A stretch of 64,000 nt of DNA from Eledone cirrhosa. Lineage: Eukaryota. A program made the translations under genes and the position numbers. Below the pieces are notes generated by a model. The model was not told the DNA's origin. It saw nothing but the letters and a program-made list of their open reading frames with translations, and ran no database searches. The first letter of the stretch is position 1. Each line of letters opens with the position of its first letter. This document shows positions 13,986 through 29,191 of this stretch, piece after piece. The stretch is taken from contig OZ024753.1 in NCBI GenBank assembly GCA_964016885.1, positions 1,054,001-1,118,000 of the forward strand, read 5' to 3'.

Positions 13986-14204
13986 AGGGATCAACAGGTT
14001 CAAAACGTCCCTTACAATGGTTGTTGAGAAATTCACGACATCTCATTTGTTTGGCATCAAATAGTTGAGGGTAAGGACATTCTACAGTGAACATTTCATA
14101 ATACATCCACTGGGGTGATTCACTGCTCAGGCTGCAGTTGTAGTACCAGTGGCACTTCCTGGGATGAACTATGAGTCCACTCCTCTGTCTCAAGCATGGT
14201 GAGT
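13986..14204 (-). CDS. Chitin-binding protein coding exon 2
   Basis: ccttgcag|AC...CCT|gtaag, 219 nt, phase 1/1. DSPCLRQRSGLIVHPRKCHWYYNCS...ECPYPQLFD...CKGRFEPVDP is ChtBD2-like. Confidence 0.85.
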
Positions 14205-14941
14205 CTGCAAGGAAATGTAGACAAATGTAGATATATGGAATCTGGTCCCCTCTTTTTTTCTTTTACGTCGTACTTGTTGTAAATAACGTTTTTCCAATGT
14301 CTCTTATGTCAACCGTAATACACACACACACACGCGCGCACACAGACATACACACACACAGACACACGCATGCACACAGACAGACGCACACACACACAGA
14401 CATACAATCACTCACACACACACACACATATATATATATATACACACGGGCCTCGTTTGTCTTAAAAATTGAGGGGGACAAACCAACATTTGTTGATTCT
14501 TAAAGGCGCATAAATTGCTTAAGATCCCTTTCCCGGACGCCATCACATAAGTAAAATTTTACGCTAATTAAATTTTATATATTCAAATGTAGTTCAGATA
14601 TAAAAAAAAAAATATGCTTAAAAAGAATTTATTATATCAAATAAACAAAAACTAAAATATAGACGTTTGAAAAAGTGTGTGTATGGGGGGGGGGGGGGGA
14701 TTTTTCCCTGAAACAAGACCCTTGTATACACACACGCACACAGATCACTGTAAACGTTCCGTCTGAGCAAGATACTGCGCGGCCAACTGGCAATACTTGA
14801 CTCATGACGCAAGTGCTCTGTCTAACCCATGTACAATTTTGCAAGAGATGTCAACATGAATGGACCTATTATTTTTATCTAAAGACATTTTTTCCAATTC
14901 CATCCCGCCCGACACCTTAATCTATTTTATTTCTCATTCTT

Positions 14942-14977
14942 TCTTCTGATGAAGGACTAGCGTCCGAAACGTTAGGA
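14942..14977 (+). ncRNA. Minimal type I hammerhead motif
   Basis: tctt CTGATGA a ggac tagc gtcc GAAACGTT agga. A related decayed copy lies at 37573-37608 (GAAA>AAAA) in a homologous ~200-bp repeat ending at (CA)n. Confidence 0.75.
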
Positions 14978-15060
14978 CCCTCTTCCTACTATATCAAGTG
15001 TTAACCTAATATATATACCTTCCATATACTGTACCGATTGTGTTGTTATTTCTGTTTACC

Positions 15061-15154
<94 letters not shown>

Positions 15155-15773
15155 AATGGCTTCTGCAGGACTAGAACTGTTTCGTTCGAGAGAAATCTGA
15201 TGATTTACTTCGAATGAAACAGTTCTAGTCCTGTACAAGCAATTTCTTTATTAAATATTTATACTCTGCTATCTATTGAGTACCTTACTTACTCTGGTTA
15301 CCCCCTATTGAACCCGACACACACACATACACATATATATATATGAAAACAGGGAGAAAGAGACGATTATTAGGAAGAAAATATATTTTTTTCCCTTTTT
15401 ATTTATTTCTCTCTTTTTTCTGGGTTAGAAAATGATTAAAACGAAATGTTTTACTTTGTGTGAAGTGTTAAGGTATTAGTTGATTTATTAATTAACAATG
15501 GCATTTATTTATCTATTTATATATTTAATAATTCTCTATTACCGGTTTCAGCATTATCAAATGATAATGTATTGGGTGCTTAGTTGATCCATGATTCCAT
15601 GATAGCGGCAAATGGATAAATAAATGCCATTTTTAATTAATAAATAAATCAACTAATACCTTAACACTTCACACAAAGTAAAACATTTCGTTTTAATCAT
15701 TTTCTAACCCAGAAAAAAGAGAAAAGGGAAAAAAAAATATTTTTCTTCCTAATAATCGTCTCTTTCTCCCTGT

Positions 15774-15823
<50 letters not shown>

Positions 15824-15861
15824 TAACTCGTGTGCTTCCTCTCCACGTTTTATTATATATA

Positions 15862-15925
<64 letters not shown>

Positions 15926-17130
15926 AGTTGGGGCCCAACAGCTGAGCTCTTCCCGTTTCAATAGGAAATGGGGTAGGTATAGGAAATGGGTAGAGGTAGT
16001 AAATTGGGTAGGTGGTAGGAAATGGGGTAGGGGTAGATGGTAGCTGTACAAAAAGCCGTTCTTAGGTGCTAGACTTGAACATATCCATATCCGAGTTTAC
16101 CTTCTACACCTGACTCTTGTTTCTCTTTAGAGTTCTTTATTTTATCGATCCCGGAATGATGAAAGGCAAAATTGACCTCAACGGGATTTGAACTTAGAAT
16201 GTAAAGATCACAAGGAGATTATATCTGATGCCCTAGCAACTCTACTCACCCATTACCCTTTTCTGGCAATATATTAGCATCCTGTCTATGTAAATATTCT
16301 TTGGGCATCATTTATCAATGAGAACGCGGACATATTGAGCAGTAGTATTATTATGTGGCTCTCTGTGACTCAAGAAAGGATTAAGTTTAAATGTTGTATG
16401 GTCAAAACCGACGGTTTTTGAACAAACATCAAAAACAATCTCAAATCTGTTGTCATATATGAGGATTAGTCAGGTATGTGATAATAATTCTTAAATCAAT
16501 AACTACCACAGAAACTTCTAAAACTGGTTGCTGTCGTTGTTGCTACAGTTGTTGTTGACCACTTTTCTTTGATTTACATTGATCTCACCTTCCTCTCTCT
16601 GAGCTCTGGACGAAAACTATCAAAGCGACTTCAGTTCTTAGTTAATGTTTGTTGCTGTTGCCTTTTTTGCTATTACTACTACTGCTATTGTAGATGTTGT
16701 TTAAGCCCGGATCAGTCTTGATCACTGACACCTCACATCAAAGACGTTTCAGTTTTAATCATCGAGATCTTTTAAAACATTGTCTAAATTATCTAGTGTA
16801 TCTTCCCTTTTACTTTTGTTGTTGCATGCCTTCTTTGCTTTTGATGTAATCAATTCTTCTCATTTTTTTTTTCAAATATAATGTATCTATAATTAATGCA
16901 GACGCAATCTGTGAATATTCCTTTCGTCAATCTTATCGGTCTAGGGCCTTTGAAAGAGAAAAATTTCAAGAGAAAAATAACAAAATCCATAAACAAGGCC
17001 GCGTAACTCCTACAAATATTCCCACTTATTCACCAAACTTAACAGTTTAGTGCAATCAATTCATATCTCATAATTACTGTATATTATCATGGGTAATGTA
17101 TATACCGGTATGTCACTACCTCCCAACCAC

Positions 17131-18445
17131 CAGTAGCAGTTTGTGTATAGTCACTACAGAACTGCAGCAACCCTATTTTCACTCGATATTATCAATATCA
17201 TTCAATATAATGAGTCTTTTTTTTCTTTAATTCTTTCTTTATACTTGTACATTATATAATCCTTAATCTTAATGTCAGTAGGCCAACCCCTCGTTCTTGA
17301 AAAATTACAAAATTCCTTGTATGAAACTGTGTTTCACAGTTCCAGCTGTGCGGTGTTTGGCTACTGTGAGCATGACCGAGGAAAGAAGCTGAATGTTGGT
17401 TAGAGAGAGCATTGTCGCTCATGTTGTGTCAACCATGTTGTCCGAGTGTAAGGTAGAGTTTATTTTTGACTCAGCGTGTGTTGTGTTTAAAAACTGTGTT
17501 CTTGAATATGTGAATATGATAAACTGTAGATGGTTATCATGCTTCCAGCTATTCTATTTAATTCATGCAGATCAAACCATTGCAGAAGCAACAGAAATTT
17601 TAAAATACCTGAATGATGATAATTTCATATTTTGTTAAGAGCTTTTTCATCTGTTTATGGCTCAAGTTGAAGTAATATACAACTAAATACAATCTCGAGA
17701 AATTAGTGTGTTTAAAATCAACGAATATATAACAGATTTTAAAACTGCTATTTTAGAAATAAGAAACTCGAAGTACTGTGAGAATCCTTCAAAAACACTC
17801 ATGGCTGAAGCAAAGGAATTGCGTGACTGCATATGTGTTGATATAATGGACAGATATTCTTCCACTAAGCATTGAAGCATATCCCATGATTGACAAAGAA
17901 AAGCTTGAAACTGAACTAAAAGTATTCTATTGTAGATCTGATATGCATGAATATTGCAAATTAATTGAGCTGCTGAAATTTATCTTGGAACATAATCTAG
18001 ATTGTGTTCTTAGTGAAATTACGAAACTGATAAAAATCCCCTTGACGATTCCCATGACTACATCGGAGCCAGAACGCTGCTTTTTAACACTGAAAAGAAT
18101 AAAAACTTTTCTAAGGAGCACTATGAATCCTAAAAGACTAAATGCACTTCAAGTGCTTTCAATGGAAAAAAAATTCCTCAATAGTCATTCAGGGATCGAG
18201 GAGAAAATTATTAACCTTTTCGCTCAAAGTAAAACAAGAATGGATTACATTTTTAAATGAATGGATCAAGCTTTAACTGTAACAATTTATTAGTAAGAAA
18301 AAAATAATTTTTTCGTTTAGGATTTTATCAAGTTTATATATAAGTTTTCATTTTATATGTTTGTTTCGTTTCACACAATATCAAAACAATAGCTAAACAT
18401 TTCTGAAGCAGCACCCCTACTAATTTTAGCTACGAGCCGCCACTG
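17131..18445 (+). mobile_element. Decayed hAT transposon (C-terminal dimerisation domain)
   Basis: ORF 17886-18260 LTIPMTTSEPERCFLTLKRIKTFLRSTM...RLNAL. Right TIR acgagccgccactg, degenerate left TIR cagtagcagtttgt. Confidence 0.8.
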
Positions 18446-19240
18446 ATAAATACCGAGCATTCCGCTATAAGCACCACATAGGCACACCTTTTTTGGTAAA
18501 TGTTTAGTTTCAGACATATATTTGCAACAATATAAATTTGCCTTAAATTCTTGACAATTTTTGTCATGGTGCTATTTCTACGTACAAGGTATCTTGACTC
18601 ACAAATGTTGACCTGTTATCTGTAAAATACTAGGGTCGACTTTTATACGATCTATGGAAAATTCCAGGTTTTATGGAATGGTCTCAAAGATACAAGAAGG
18701 ATTTTCTCTCCCTTGACCACTGGCTGCTGGTCTCTGTACTCTGAAGCATTTTTGCTTATCGCTGTCTTTGGCACCATTTAACTGTTTTATAGTATGCACG
18801 AGAGCAAGGGAGAGGAAGTGAGATGGGGGGGGGGGGGGGGATGATAGACTCACACGCGGTTCACGTGACACGTGAATTCGTCCATGAAGAAGATTTTAAC
18901 ACGTGATTCTCGATAATAATTTCAAATTGAATTATTTAGATCTATGATAACACCTATGGGAGAAGTAGAACGGAAATGCAGGAATCTCGGCTATAAAATA
19001 CAAGTATACACCCCTCACCTCTCTCTCTATATATATATATACACACACCACTCCCGTCCCATGTATGTATGTATGTATATATATATATACACACACACCC
19101 CACCCGTCCTATGTATCTCTCTCTCTATATATATATATGTGTATATATTTATTAAAATAACAGATTAATCGAGCCCTCTCTGGATTTTAGTCTTCAATTT
19201 TATTATTATTACTATGTGTATATATATATATATATGTGTG

Positions 19241-19337
<97 letters not shown>

Positions 19338-19389
19338 GTAGAGCAAGGGTGAAAGCAGCGATTCTTTGTTTAAACTTTAATTTATTATC

Positions 19390-19452
<63 letters not shown>

Positions 19453-19745
19453 GAAGAATGGCGTGCTGCGTTGTTGCGAACATGAACATATGAATAAAAA
19501 TAGACCAAGAGATTAAATGTCCTCATCAATAGTCTGCTGTTATCGTTGCTATTTCTTCGCATTAAAGACTAGATACCTAAAATCAGTGCGAGCGATAACT
19601 CAATTAAGTTATCGGGACAGTGGGAAAACAGGGGGAAGGAAACAAACACATGGTAGTAATGCAACGTAAAGAGAGGGAAAGAGAGACAAGTCAATGAATC
19701 CTGTGGGCTTAAGTCCGACAAATCAAATTGACGAGAAGAAATATA

Positions 19746-19830
<85 letters not shown>

Positions 19831-20236
19831 GAATAAATGAACAGAGAACAAAAAACAGAAGCAGTACAAATGATATGGTGTTTAGTTTCACGCTTCAGAG
19901 AATATATATAATGAATCCGCATGCGCCGATTGTGTATTATTGCACAATAAATGCAGATAATGGATGCTATACGCTCTCTTACTGCATTAAGTGTGGCAGA
20001 AAGTCGGGTGCGGGTATAAATTGATGGTACCCATTTACGTGTGTTGTATCGAGGCAAATAACTTTGTACCTACTCTGGGATTTATACATAACCTTACCTA
20101 TTGAGTACGCTGAGATGCCACCGGTACTAACAGGGGAACTTTACGCTAGTCCCGTTTATCTCTTATATAAATATATATATATATATATAATGTGTGTGTG
20201 TTCCCAACACGTCAAACGTCAAACACCCAGGCCACA

Positions 20237-20321
20237 CCCCTGATGAAATGGCCAATTTATTATAAATCTGTTTGTTAAGTCGAAAACTAGCCGTCGAAAC
20301 GGCAAGAGCTCGGCCGTCGGG
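20237..20321 (+). ncRNA. Type I hammerhead motif with full stem III (GCCGTC family)
   Basis: ccc CTGATGA a atggc...gccgt c GAAAC ggc aagagctcg gcc GTC ggg, between TA tracts. Confidence 0.7.
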
Positions 20322-20580
20322 CCTCGACTCTTTCTTGATTATATATCTGTGTGTTCTCATAAGATATATGGCTCTTTCTCTCTCCCTCTCTCCACACACA
20401 CACATACACACACACACACACGCATACACACACACACATATATATATATATATACATGTAGGAGGTGAGTTTTATTGTAGCACAATAAAGCAATGGAAAT
20501 ATCGGATAAGTAGCACTCAACAGTTTTTGGACTGGAGTATATATAAGAAGAAATTAAAAGATGGTTAAAAACGTTCCATG

Positions 20581-20651
20581 TATTTTATTATGCGCATTTC
20601 AAAAACAAATATCACCCAGGGACGATATTTGCGTTCTCATCAGATAAAATA
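20581..20651 (-). ncRNA. Type I hammerhead motif in foldback arm
   Basis: tattttat CTGATGA gaacgcaaatatc...gatatttgttttt GAAA tgcgca TA ataaaata. Mirror copy on + at ~20691-20753 with TTGATGA. Confidence 0.7.
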
Positions 20652-20786
20652 GGGAGACATGATATGAAGCTTAAAAAAGACTGATGAGATTTGATGAGAA
20701 CGCAAATATCGTCCCTGGATGATATTTGTTTTTGAAATGCGCAAAATAAAATACATGGAACTTTTTTAACCATCTTTTAATTTCTT

Positions 20787-20858
<72 letters not shown>

Positions 20859-22788
20859 TATATATTATAATCTGAAGTCTCTTGAATTCCTTGATCTATT
20901 CGTTCATAAAGTTAGCGAGAGTAGTGACCTAGCAATATATAATATTTGAAACCTCACCGAGATATGATTGGTACCCACTACATCGTGATTTGTTTGGTTA
21001 CCATAAATAAATAAATAACTAAACAACAACAACATCAGAAAAATAGGCGTGTCACATTTTCATTTATACATATCTCGTGTAGAAACTCGTGGTATCAATC
21101 TAAACTCGTGTTTATATATTTTTCTCGTTTGTCTGCATTTACAAGTCTCCGAAAGGATCCATAAAATATAAATAGATCTAAATCTATTAATACATATTGC
21201 TACTGTACGTCTGTATACATATATGTATGTACGTATACATGCATACTTACATTTAAGTAAGTGCCATACTAAGAGTGAGAAATGAAATTTCGTTTTCATT
21301 TTGTTTCAATTTATTAATACATATATCTATATATAATTCCACGCCACACCCACCGCACTTTCTCCCTCTCTATTATCAGTTATTCATTAAACAACATTAT
21401 ATATTCACTTGGTTCCCACAGTCAAAATACTTGTTAATGTTTGCGCCTCTGTGTGTGATTGTGTTTGTGTGTGTGTTTGTTTACGTGTATGTGAGTGTGT
21501 GTGTGTGAGAGAGTGAGAGAGAAAAAAAAAGTTGACGAACTGTGAGAAAAGGAATATAAACAATAAAAGAAAAAAAAAACCCACAAAGACAACCAAAGCT
21601 GCAAACCTCAGATAGGAAGGACCACGTGAACATTCCTTTGATATTAAGGAAATAATTAATGCTATATTATACAGCTGTAAAACTTTCTCAATGATTATTT
21701 CTATTGTTTGAAATATTTAGGTATGTATGCCAAGTAAAACAGTTGAAAGAATAAAACGTCAGCCAAGAAATTAGAAGTTGGTTCAACAACAACAACAACC
21801 ACCACCACCACCACCACCACCACAACAACAACAACAACAAACACTTGTTTTACCAATAATTGCTGCTTGACAACGAGTATTTCAAAAACAATAATTCTAT
21901 AGATGGTTAGTGAGCATCACAGCAGCTTAGTAACAAAAACATCTACTTATCTGTCTAGCACGTAGGTAATGTCCATGAAACATACATATACGCCAGGCCC
22001 GAACACAAAGGAACCAAACTCCCAAGAACACATTTCACTGCCAAGAATATATTTTACTGGAAATCTTTGATGAGAACAATTCGATATATCTGTATTTCTG
22101 CACAGAACTACATTTATCATCTGCCAGCATTATATTTCAAATCCCGCCGAGGTTAACTTTGCCTTTCATCCTTACTGGGTCGATAAAATAAAGTACCAGT
22201 AATACACCAGGTATTTGCTGGCCTTGTGCCAAAAGTAGAAACAATTATATTATGGCTGTCTCAGTTTTTCACTCATATTCAGCTGTCATACTCAGTTGTG
22301 TGGAACCGTGAATGTATTTTATACAACACAGACGAGATGCATGCAAAATTATTGAAAATACACACACACACACATATGGGTGTCCACCATTTACCAGTTT
22401 TGCTCGATGAATGAATAAATTAAATAAATAAATGATCAATTAATCAGAGCTTTATAAAATTATAAGTGGGTAAAGCAGACAAGATAAAACGTTACCTAAT
22501 TTTACTTTAATGTCCCGATTGCAGTTTCGTCGTGTAAGTTGAAGTTTGGATATTCCAATAATTTAGGATATCCATAGCTGTGAGATCACGGCTTTTCTAG
22601 AGATCTCTCAATTCAAGAAAAAAATAATCTTATAAGTGATCGTTACCAGTGACATCATTTTCCCCTTTCGAAAATGTCACTGGTAACGATAATTTGGAAT
22701 ACTAAAGTAACTTATACGACGAAACTGCACTCGGGTGTTTGAAGTAAAATTTGGTAACTTTTTATCTTCTTCGCTATTCCGACACATG

Positions 22789-22918
<130 letters not shown>

Positions 22919-23666
22919 GCTTTGGTATTGCAAACGGACGAAACAAAAAACAAAACAAAACAGGACTTAACTCTGGTGTTCATCCCATTATTTCTTCTCC
23001 TCAAAAGTTTTAAAATATATTTTTTAATAAATACATGGGAAAAGTGATTTATTATTAATTTTATTATAGCTGCGAAGTTATACTGAAAAATACGAATCTA
23101 CTGGACCCCGAGCTATTGGTATAGATTTACCATAGTATGGGAGTGGAAAAAAGTGTTTATTATAAGTAAAATATTTTCCTGATAGTTACTGCAAAATATT
23201 TTGAAAATTTTACAGAAAAAAAAACAAAACAAATCTGACAGCTGAATAAACAAGCAATTTTGTAAACATAAGTGGTGAAAATGTAAACTTAAATGAAAAA
23301 CAGCAATAGCTGTAGTACATGTTTGGTTGCATTGCGAGCCAAAGGAAGGAGTTAGTGATGAGCCAGTCATTGGAAAACTACGACAATTTGACAGGAGTTT
23401 GTCACAAGAGACATTGCTTCCTTTAATGAGGAATTGCTTCAGGAAGGAACAAGAAGGATATTAAAATAGGTCTTTTTTCCCAAAAGGAATCGGAGGAGTA
23501 TCCCATATTCCCTCAAAGAAGCAATTAGAATTAAGCCTATATTTATATACATATATATATATATATATATATAGGAGACAATAGAGTTTGAGCTTATATA
23601 TATATATATATATTAAAGAGTTAAACAAGATTCAATGAGTACATCAAAGAATGAGTTTTACATTAT

Positions 23667-23719
23667 ATTTTGTCTGATGAGGACGTACTGTTGTACCTCT
23701 GAAATATGTATAATAAAAT
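23667..23719 (+). ncRNA. Type I hammerhead motif
   Basis: attttgt CTGATGA ggacgtac tgtt gtacctct GAAA tatgta TA ataaaat, in a ~150-bp insert between TA tracts. Confidence 0.65.
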
Positions 23720-23757
23720 TTAATTGATCAAAAGAACATCTATTTTATTAATATTTG

Positions 23758-23836
<79 letters not shown>

Positions 23837-24083
23837 AATTGTATATATATATATATATATACAATTCAATATTATAAAAAAGTCAAGGATATGGAATTAT
23901 TATTTATTCTAGCCCAGTAGAAGTGAATGTATTGTCAGAATATCTGCGGTAGTTTGTCAAGTACATTTACAATTTGAGTTCAAAATGTCGGCTCTATCTT
24001 TCATCCTTCCGTGGTCTATAAAATAAAAAGCCATACATACATTCATATATGCATGCATACATTCATTCGAACATGCATACGTA

Positions 24084-24160
<77 letters not shown>

Positions 24161-25360
24161 GTACGTGCGTGCGTACATACATACATAGACATAATGAGTT
24201 CGATTTAATGTTCACGTGTCACTTCTTTAATAAGAATAGTTTTGGTTAAAAATATAAACAAGATTTTTGTTGTTAACCTCAGTTGTTAACATCCCTTCTT
24301 GTTATGGTTAAATATAAATACACATACATACATGGTGGCTGCCAACTCGTTTTCGAGTACGGCCACTACTTTATATCCATGTAGGAGAACCCCTACCGAT
24401 GCGCTGAACGAGTGTGACTTTTTAGTCCAGCCAGCGACTTGAAAACTCTGGTACAAACACTACACTTGTGACAATTATTGACACATAGTGCTGGGCCCAT
24501 GGTACCATGTGATGACAAGTGCAGAGAGATCTCCAGATATAAAGCAATGCCTGTGCCGTGAAGTTTTTATAGTGAGCAAAGGCACTGCACAAAGCCAGTC
24601 CCACTCTCTTAACCAAGATGATATTTACCAAAAAGAAGAACAAGTCAACATCATTGGATACCATCAGGGTTGTAGGTGTTATATCAGAGCTCTCCTTCTC
24701 CTAGAATTCTGCCTTGACAAAGGCTAAGGGGTCATCTCTCCCAGTGATTTTAGATGGCCATTGACTCTTAAGAGCTCCTTTGCCCTTTGACAGGTTTTGT
24801 TTTTAGTCCTGCAGGATGTCCAAAGTCACCCTCCTCACCAAGAAACCTTGGTGGGGTTGCCAGTTTAGTCGCCAACGACCCGACCATGGGACAGGTTGTA
24901 CTGTATGTAATGTATGTATGTATGTATGTATGTATGTATGTATGTATGTATGTATGTATGTATGTATTACCCAGTACATTACTGGTACTTTATTTTATCG
25001 ACCCCGTAAGGATGAAAGGCAAAGTTAACCTTGGCGGGATTTGAACTCAGAATGGCAAGGGCCGTAACTCTATGCGTCAAAGCATGGCGTCCGATCCTCT
25101 ACCGATACCTGCCAATCCAATCATATACAAACATACACACATACACACACTTATATAAAACATATCCATACATACACACACACATATATATATAATCCCC
25201 ATTTAAATAAGTCACAGCATTGTTTTACAAATGCCAACACTTATCACATTCGCCAAAACATTATTTTCATCGAGGTCAGAATTTCGTCAACCTAATGAAC
25301 AGCAAGAACGTTGAACGTATTTAAATTTTTGAAAGATATTAGATTAATGTGCCATATATA

Positions 25361-25598
25361 CAGGGGCGGTGGAAGCATTTCTGAATTAGGGTTAGGGGCA
25401 AATTTGGTCAATTTAGTTGTAGTGGTTAGTTTAGCTGTTATTATCAAATATCAACGGAGATATAAAAAAAACAACTTTGATATGCAATCAACATAAATTG
25501 TAGCGCATATAGAAATAGATGTGTTTTGGCAGTTTGGGGAGAAAAATATATAATTATTAGAAGACCATGCCACCTCCTTCCCAGTTCCACCGACCCTG
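25361..25598. mobile_element. hAT-type MITE
   Basis: TIRs caggggcggtggaa / ttccaccgaccctg. Confidence 0.6.
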
Positions 25599-25829
25599 AT
25601 ATATAACTATTATTGGAAAGGACCTTCGTTGGTTTCTACGATGAGTGATCCAGTTGTTCGAATATAAATTTTCTTTTCTTTACAACATTGCCACCGTGAA
25701 GGTGACTGGTCAAAGATAAAATAAAATAGAGATTATACATCCATGCATGCATGCGTACGTACGTACGTATATACATACATACGTACGTATATACATACAT
25801 ACGTACGTATATACATACATACGAATGAA

Positions 25830-27420
25830 GCTATACTGGGACGAAATACGTCCAGAACTCCACAGTCAAAGAATTACGCCAAAAAGCAAATTTTTGTTGA
25901 ATGTAAAAATAACATGAACATTATTCATTGTAAGTCCCCTAGATCGAACAAGCAATCAACAGCAAGCGCTATAGGCCGATTAAGAAAAATATGGTCATCG
26001 GAACTCTCTGCGCACAATAAAACAATGGCCCGCCAACGTTTGGAATACTCGATTGGACGATAGACGGAGTCCGAGCAATTGATGTTAAAATCCTAAAAAT
26101 CCTAAACAACACCGGAAACCTCCATCCACATCAACAGCGACATAGACCGCCTCTACTTGAAACGTAAGCAGGGAGGCAGAGGCCTAACATCAGTCCAAAC
26201 AGCATTTGAGTGTTGCATCATATCCCTCCGACAACACTTTCGAATCTCCAAGCGTGGGAGCCCATCTATTGAGCAAGTCTGTCTGCACGAGACAGATAAG
26301 ATCATGAGAGTTGGGAAGGAACTCCTTGAAAGCTACTTCTTGCATGATAATCAAAAACTCACACCCAAGGAAATTGCCCAGCAATACCGCAGTGAATCCA
26401 TGGATGAAAAACTGCATGCTTATCAGCGAAAAATCATGCATGGATATGTTGCCAGGAAGATCCAGAGTGAGGGTAATATAGATAAGCAAAGTAGTCTATC
26501 TTGGACCAACAACCGCTATATTGACTCCCACTTTGAAAGACATGCTTTTGCAATCCAAGAACAGGAAATAAACACAAAATACCTGATTAACAAAAAAGAT
26601 AGGGATGCAGGCAAAACACCTAGATGTGATAACAAATGCAGACTGCAGAACCAACATCGAAGATGTCACCCATGTCATAAGCAGCTGTCCAGAGATGTCA
26701 TCACCGTACTATCTACCTATGAGGCAAGATGTAGTGGCCAAAACACTGTACAATGCAATCCGTAGAAAAGATATCCCCGACAATAAACATATTAAAAGTT
26801 ACAGCAATGTGGAAGACATACATTACATAATATGAAAGAGTACTGGTGGAATGGTCCAGTCAAAACCCCAATAAAATGCAAGCATAACAGACCAGATATA
26901 ATGCTATAGGACAGGGAAAAGAAGGCATGCACAGGAGTGGAAGTTAGCTGCCCAGCAGATGCCGATATAATATTAAAGATTAGCGAAAAGGAGAATATCT
27001 ATGCAGAACTAATGAGAAATCTGCAGATACTCCACCCTGACTATACCTTCAGATTTATACCTGTGATTATTGGGGCACTGCCTCAGTACAAATCTTGAGA
27101 AGCTGGGTTTCACAAAAGTAGAAAGAATACGACTAGTTAGGAAATTACAAATACAATCCATCTAATAACTGCATGTACACATGTACAGATACAAAGCATA
27201 TGCACATGCACCCATATAACTCAAAACATACACATCCACATATGCAATAACATCCACACCTACACACACATGCATGCAGACATGCAGACATATCTATCTA
27301 GTTGATGTTGTGTAAATTCCAATGAGAGAGTCTTGTAACTATATTAGAAACCGACTCTCCCTCTATTGGTAAAAATTTGTGAAATTATAAAACCAGAAGA
27401 ACATACATACATATATACAT
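25830..27420 (+). mobile_element. R4/Dong-like RLE non-LTR retrotransposon 3' half, frameshifted; 3'-end copies at ~32760-33170 and ~33340-33660
   Basis: DRLYLKRKQGGRGL, AIQEQ, CRL...HVISSC zinc knuckle, HNRPDI...EVSCP, IPVIIGAL. Ends in (CATA)n. Confidence 0.8.
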
Positions 27421-27711
27421 ACACACACATACAAACATACACACACACATATACACACACATATACACACACGTACACACATATACATACACACACACAT
27501 ACATATAGTGTAATAGTAAGCAACGTGATTGTAAACTATATGAGTATAACCAGTGACTACAACCACATACATACGAAAGAAAAGTACAGTTTCGAATCTA
27601 TTCATTTATATAGTGAAAGGCGGGGGACTGATAGACTCCTTAGAAAGACGGACAAAATTGTTTTGCAGTATTTGTTCTAAGTACAGTCTAAGTTCATATT
27701 CCGAACGAGGC

Positions 27712-28015
27712 CATTCAACCGAGGTTATCTGGCCGTCGTCCTCCCGCCGAGATCATCCAGCCGTGTCATTCAACCGAGGTCAACATACCGAGATTATCCA
27801 GCCGTGGTCATTCAACCGAGGTTATCTGGCCGTCGTCCTCCCGCCGAGATCATCCAGCCGTGTCATTCAACCGAGGTCAACATGCCGAGATTATCCAACC
27901 GTGGTCATTCAACCGAGGTCAACATACCGAGATTATCCAGCCGTGGTCATCCCACCGAAGTCGTCCCGTCGAGGGCGTCCAGCCGTGGTCGTCCCGTCGA
28001 GGTCGTCCAGCCGAT
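27712..28015. repeat. GC-rich complex tandem repeat
   Basis: Recurring cattcaaccgaggt / ccgagat.atccagccgtg subunits. Confidence 0.8.
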
Positions 28016-28689
28016 GCTGTTACCTTCCTTCGAAATTTCTAGACCTTGGTGTCGGTGATGTGAGCCAGAATTACTGTATTTGTTTTGGGCTCTGTACGTT
28101 CTCAGTTCGAATCTGTCGAGGTCAACTTTGCCATTCATGCGTCCGAGATCGATAAAAGTACTGGGATTGATTTAATCGACTTTAACCTCTCCCCAAATTT
28201 TTGGATTTGTGGCTTATTTAGAAACCATTAGTTGAATAAAGAGAGAGCCTAAGAGACCCGTTTATACATTAGTATCACTAATACCGTGAAGGTGCGGGGT
28301 GTAGAGATTAGGGTGCTGTGCTCACGATCGAAAAGTCATCAGTACGAATCCTGGTGCATCCTGTCCTTGAGCAAGGCAATTTATTTCACATTGCTCCAGT
28401 GTACTCTGAGGGCAAAAAGAAGTTCTACCTGTAATTGACACACTGTGTCACACTGGATTTCCCCCGAGAACTACCTTAAGCGCGTTCGTGTCTTTGGGGT
28501 GCTCAGGAACTTACACGTTAATTTCCATTGATTGAATCAACTGGAGCAGTCGTCGTCGGAAACGACGGAGGTCCAACAACAATCACCGATACCAAATGAT
28601 GTTGGTGAGAGATGGTGATGGTTATAAACAAGTATGCATTCCGTATAAAACAATAATGATAATGATGAAGATGATGAGTATTTACTTAC

Positions 28690-29191
28690 CTTCTGGAATG
28701 TTGGGGTTTCGTGTACTTGTAGGTGTTGTTGTACTTGTCGTTGTACTTGTAGGTGTCGTTGTACTTGTCGTTGTACTTGTAGGTGTTGTTGTACCTGTCG
28801 TTGTACTTGTAGGTGTTGTTGCTGGTGTTGTGGTTTTTATTCTACTTTCTGATGCCAGTAATTTGGTCTGTGGCAATAGAGTGGTTTTCCCTGCGGTGTG
28901 TTGTGTTGTAGTTGCGCTGTTGTGTTCACAGTCGTCCCAGTATGAATCGATTGCAACACAGGCTGAACCACGTTCAGACCAAACCTGACTGGATGGACAT
29001 GGTGGCATTGATATTGGCCGTCCGTAAATGCAGAAAACATACTTGTGACAATTTTGGGGGTCTCTTTTCCATTCAGTGGGCTTGTTGGAACGGCAAGGAT
29101 AAGTTGGATTGTACGTAAGGTGCACCGTTGGCACATAGAGAAGGGCAATTAAAAGACAGAGCTGCAGATTGTGATGAAGGTGAAAATACAT
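28690..29191 (-). CDS. Secreted chitin-binding (peritrophin-A/CBM14) protein, coding exon 1: signal peptide, ChtBD2 domain, Thr-rich mucin-like linker
   Basis: ATG 29191, hydrophobic LCLLIALLYV, 6-Cys domain C..DPQNCHKYVFC..C..C..C, TTPTSTTT repeats, donor AG|gtaagt after 28690 (phase 1). An acceptor tttag at 29218-29222 implies an upstream non-coding exon. Confidence 0.85.

Noticed and set aside
24335-24905. Possible LINE 5' end with an HDV-like ribozyme between (CATA)n tracts
   Set aside because: I could not build the nested double pseudoknot or a recognisable protein by eye.
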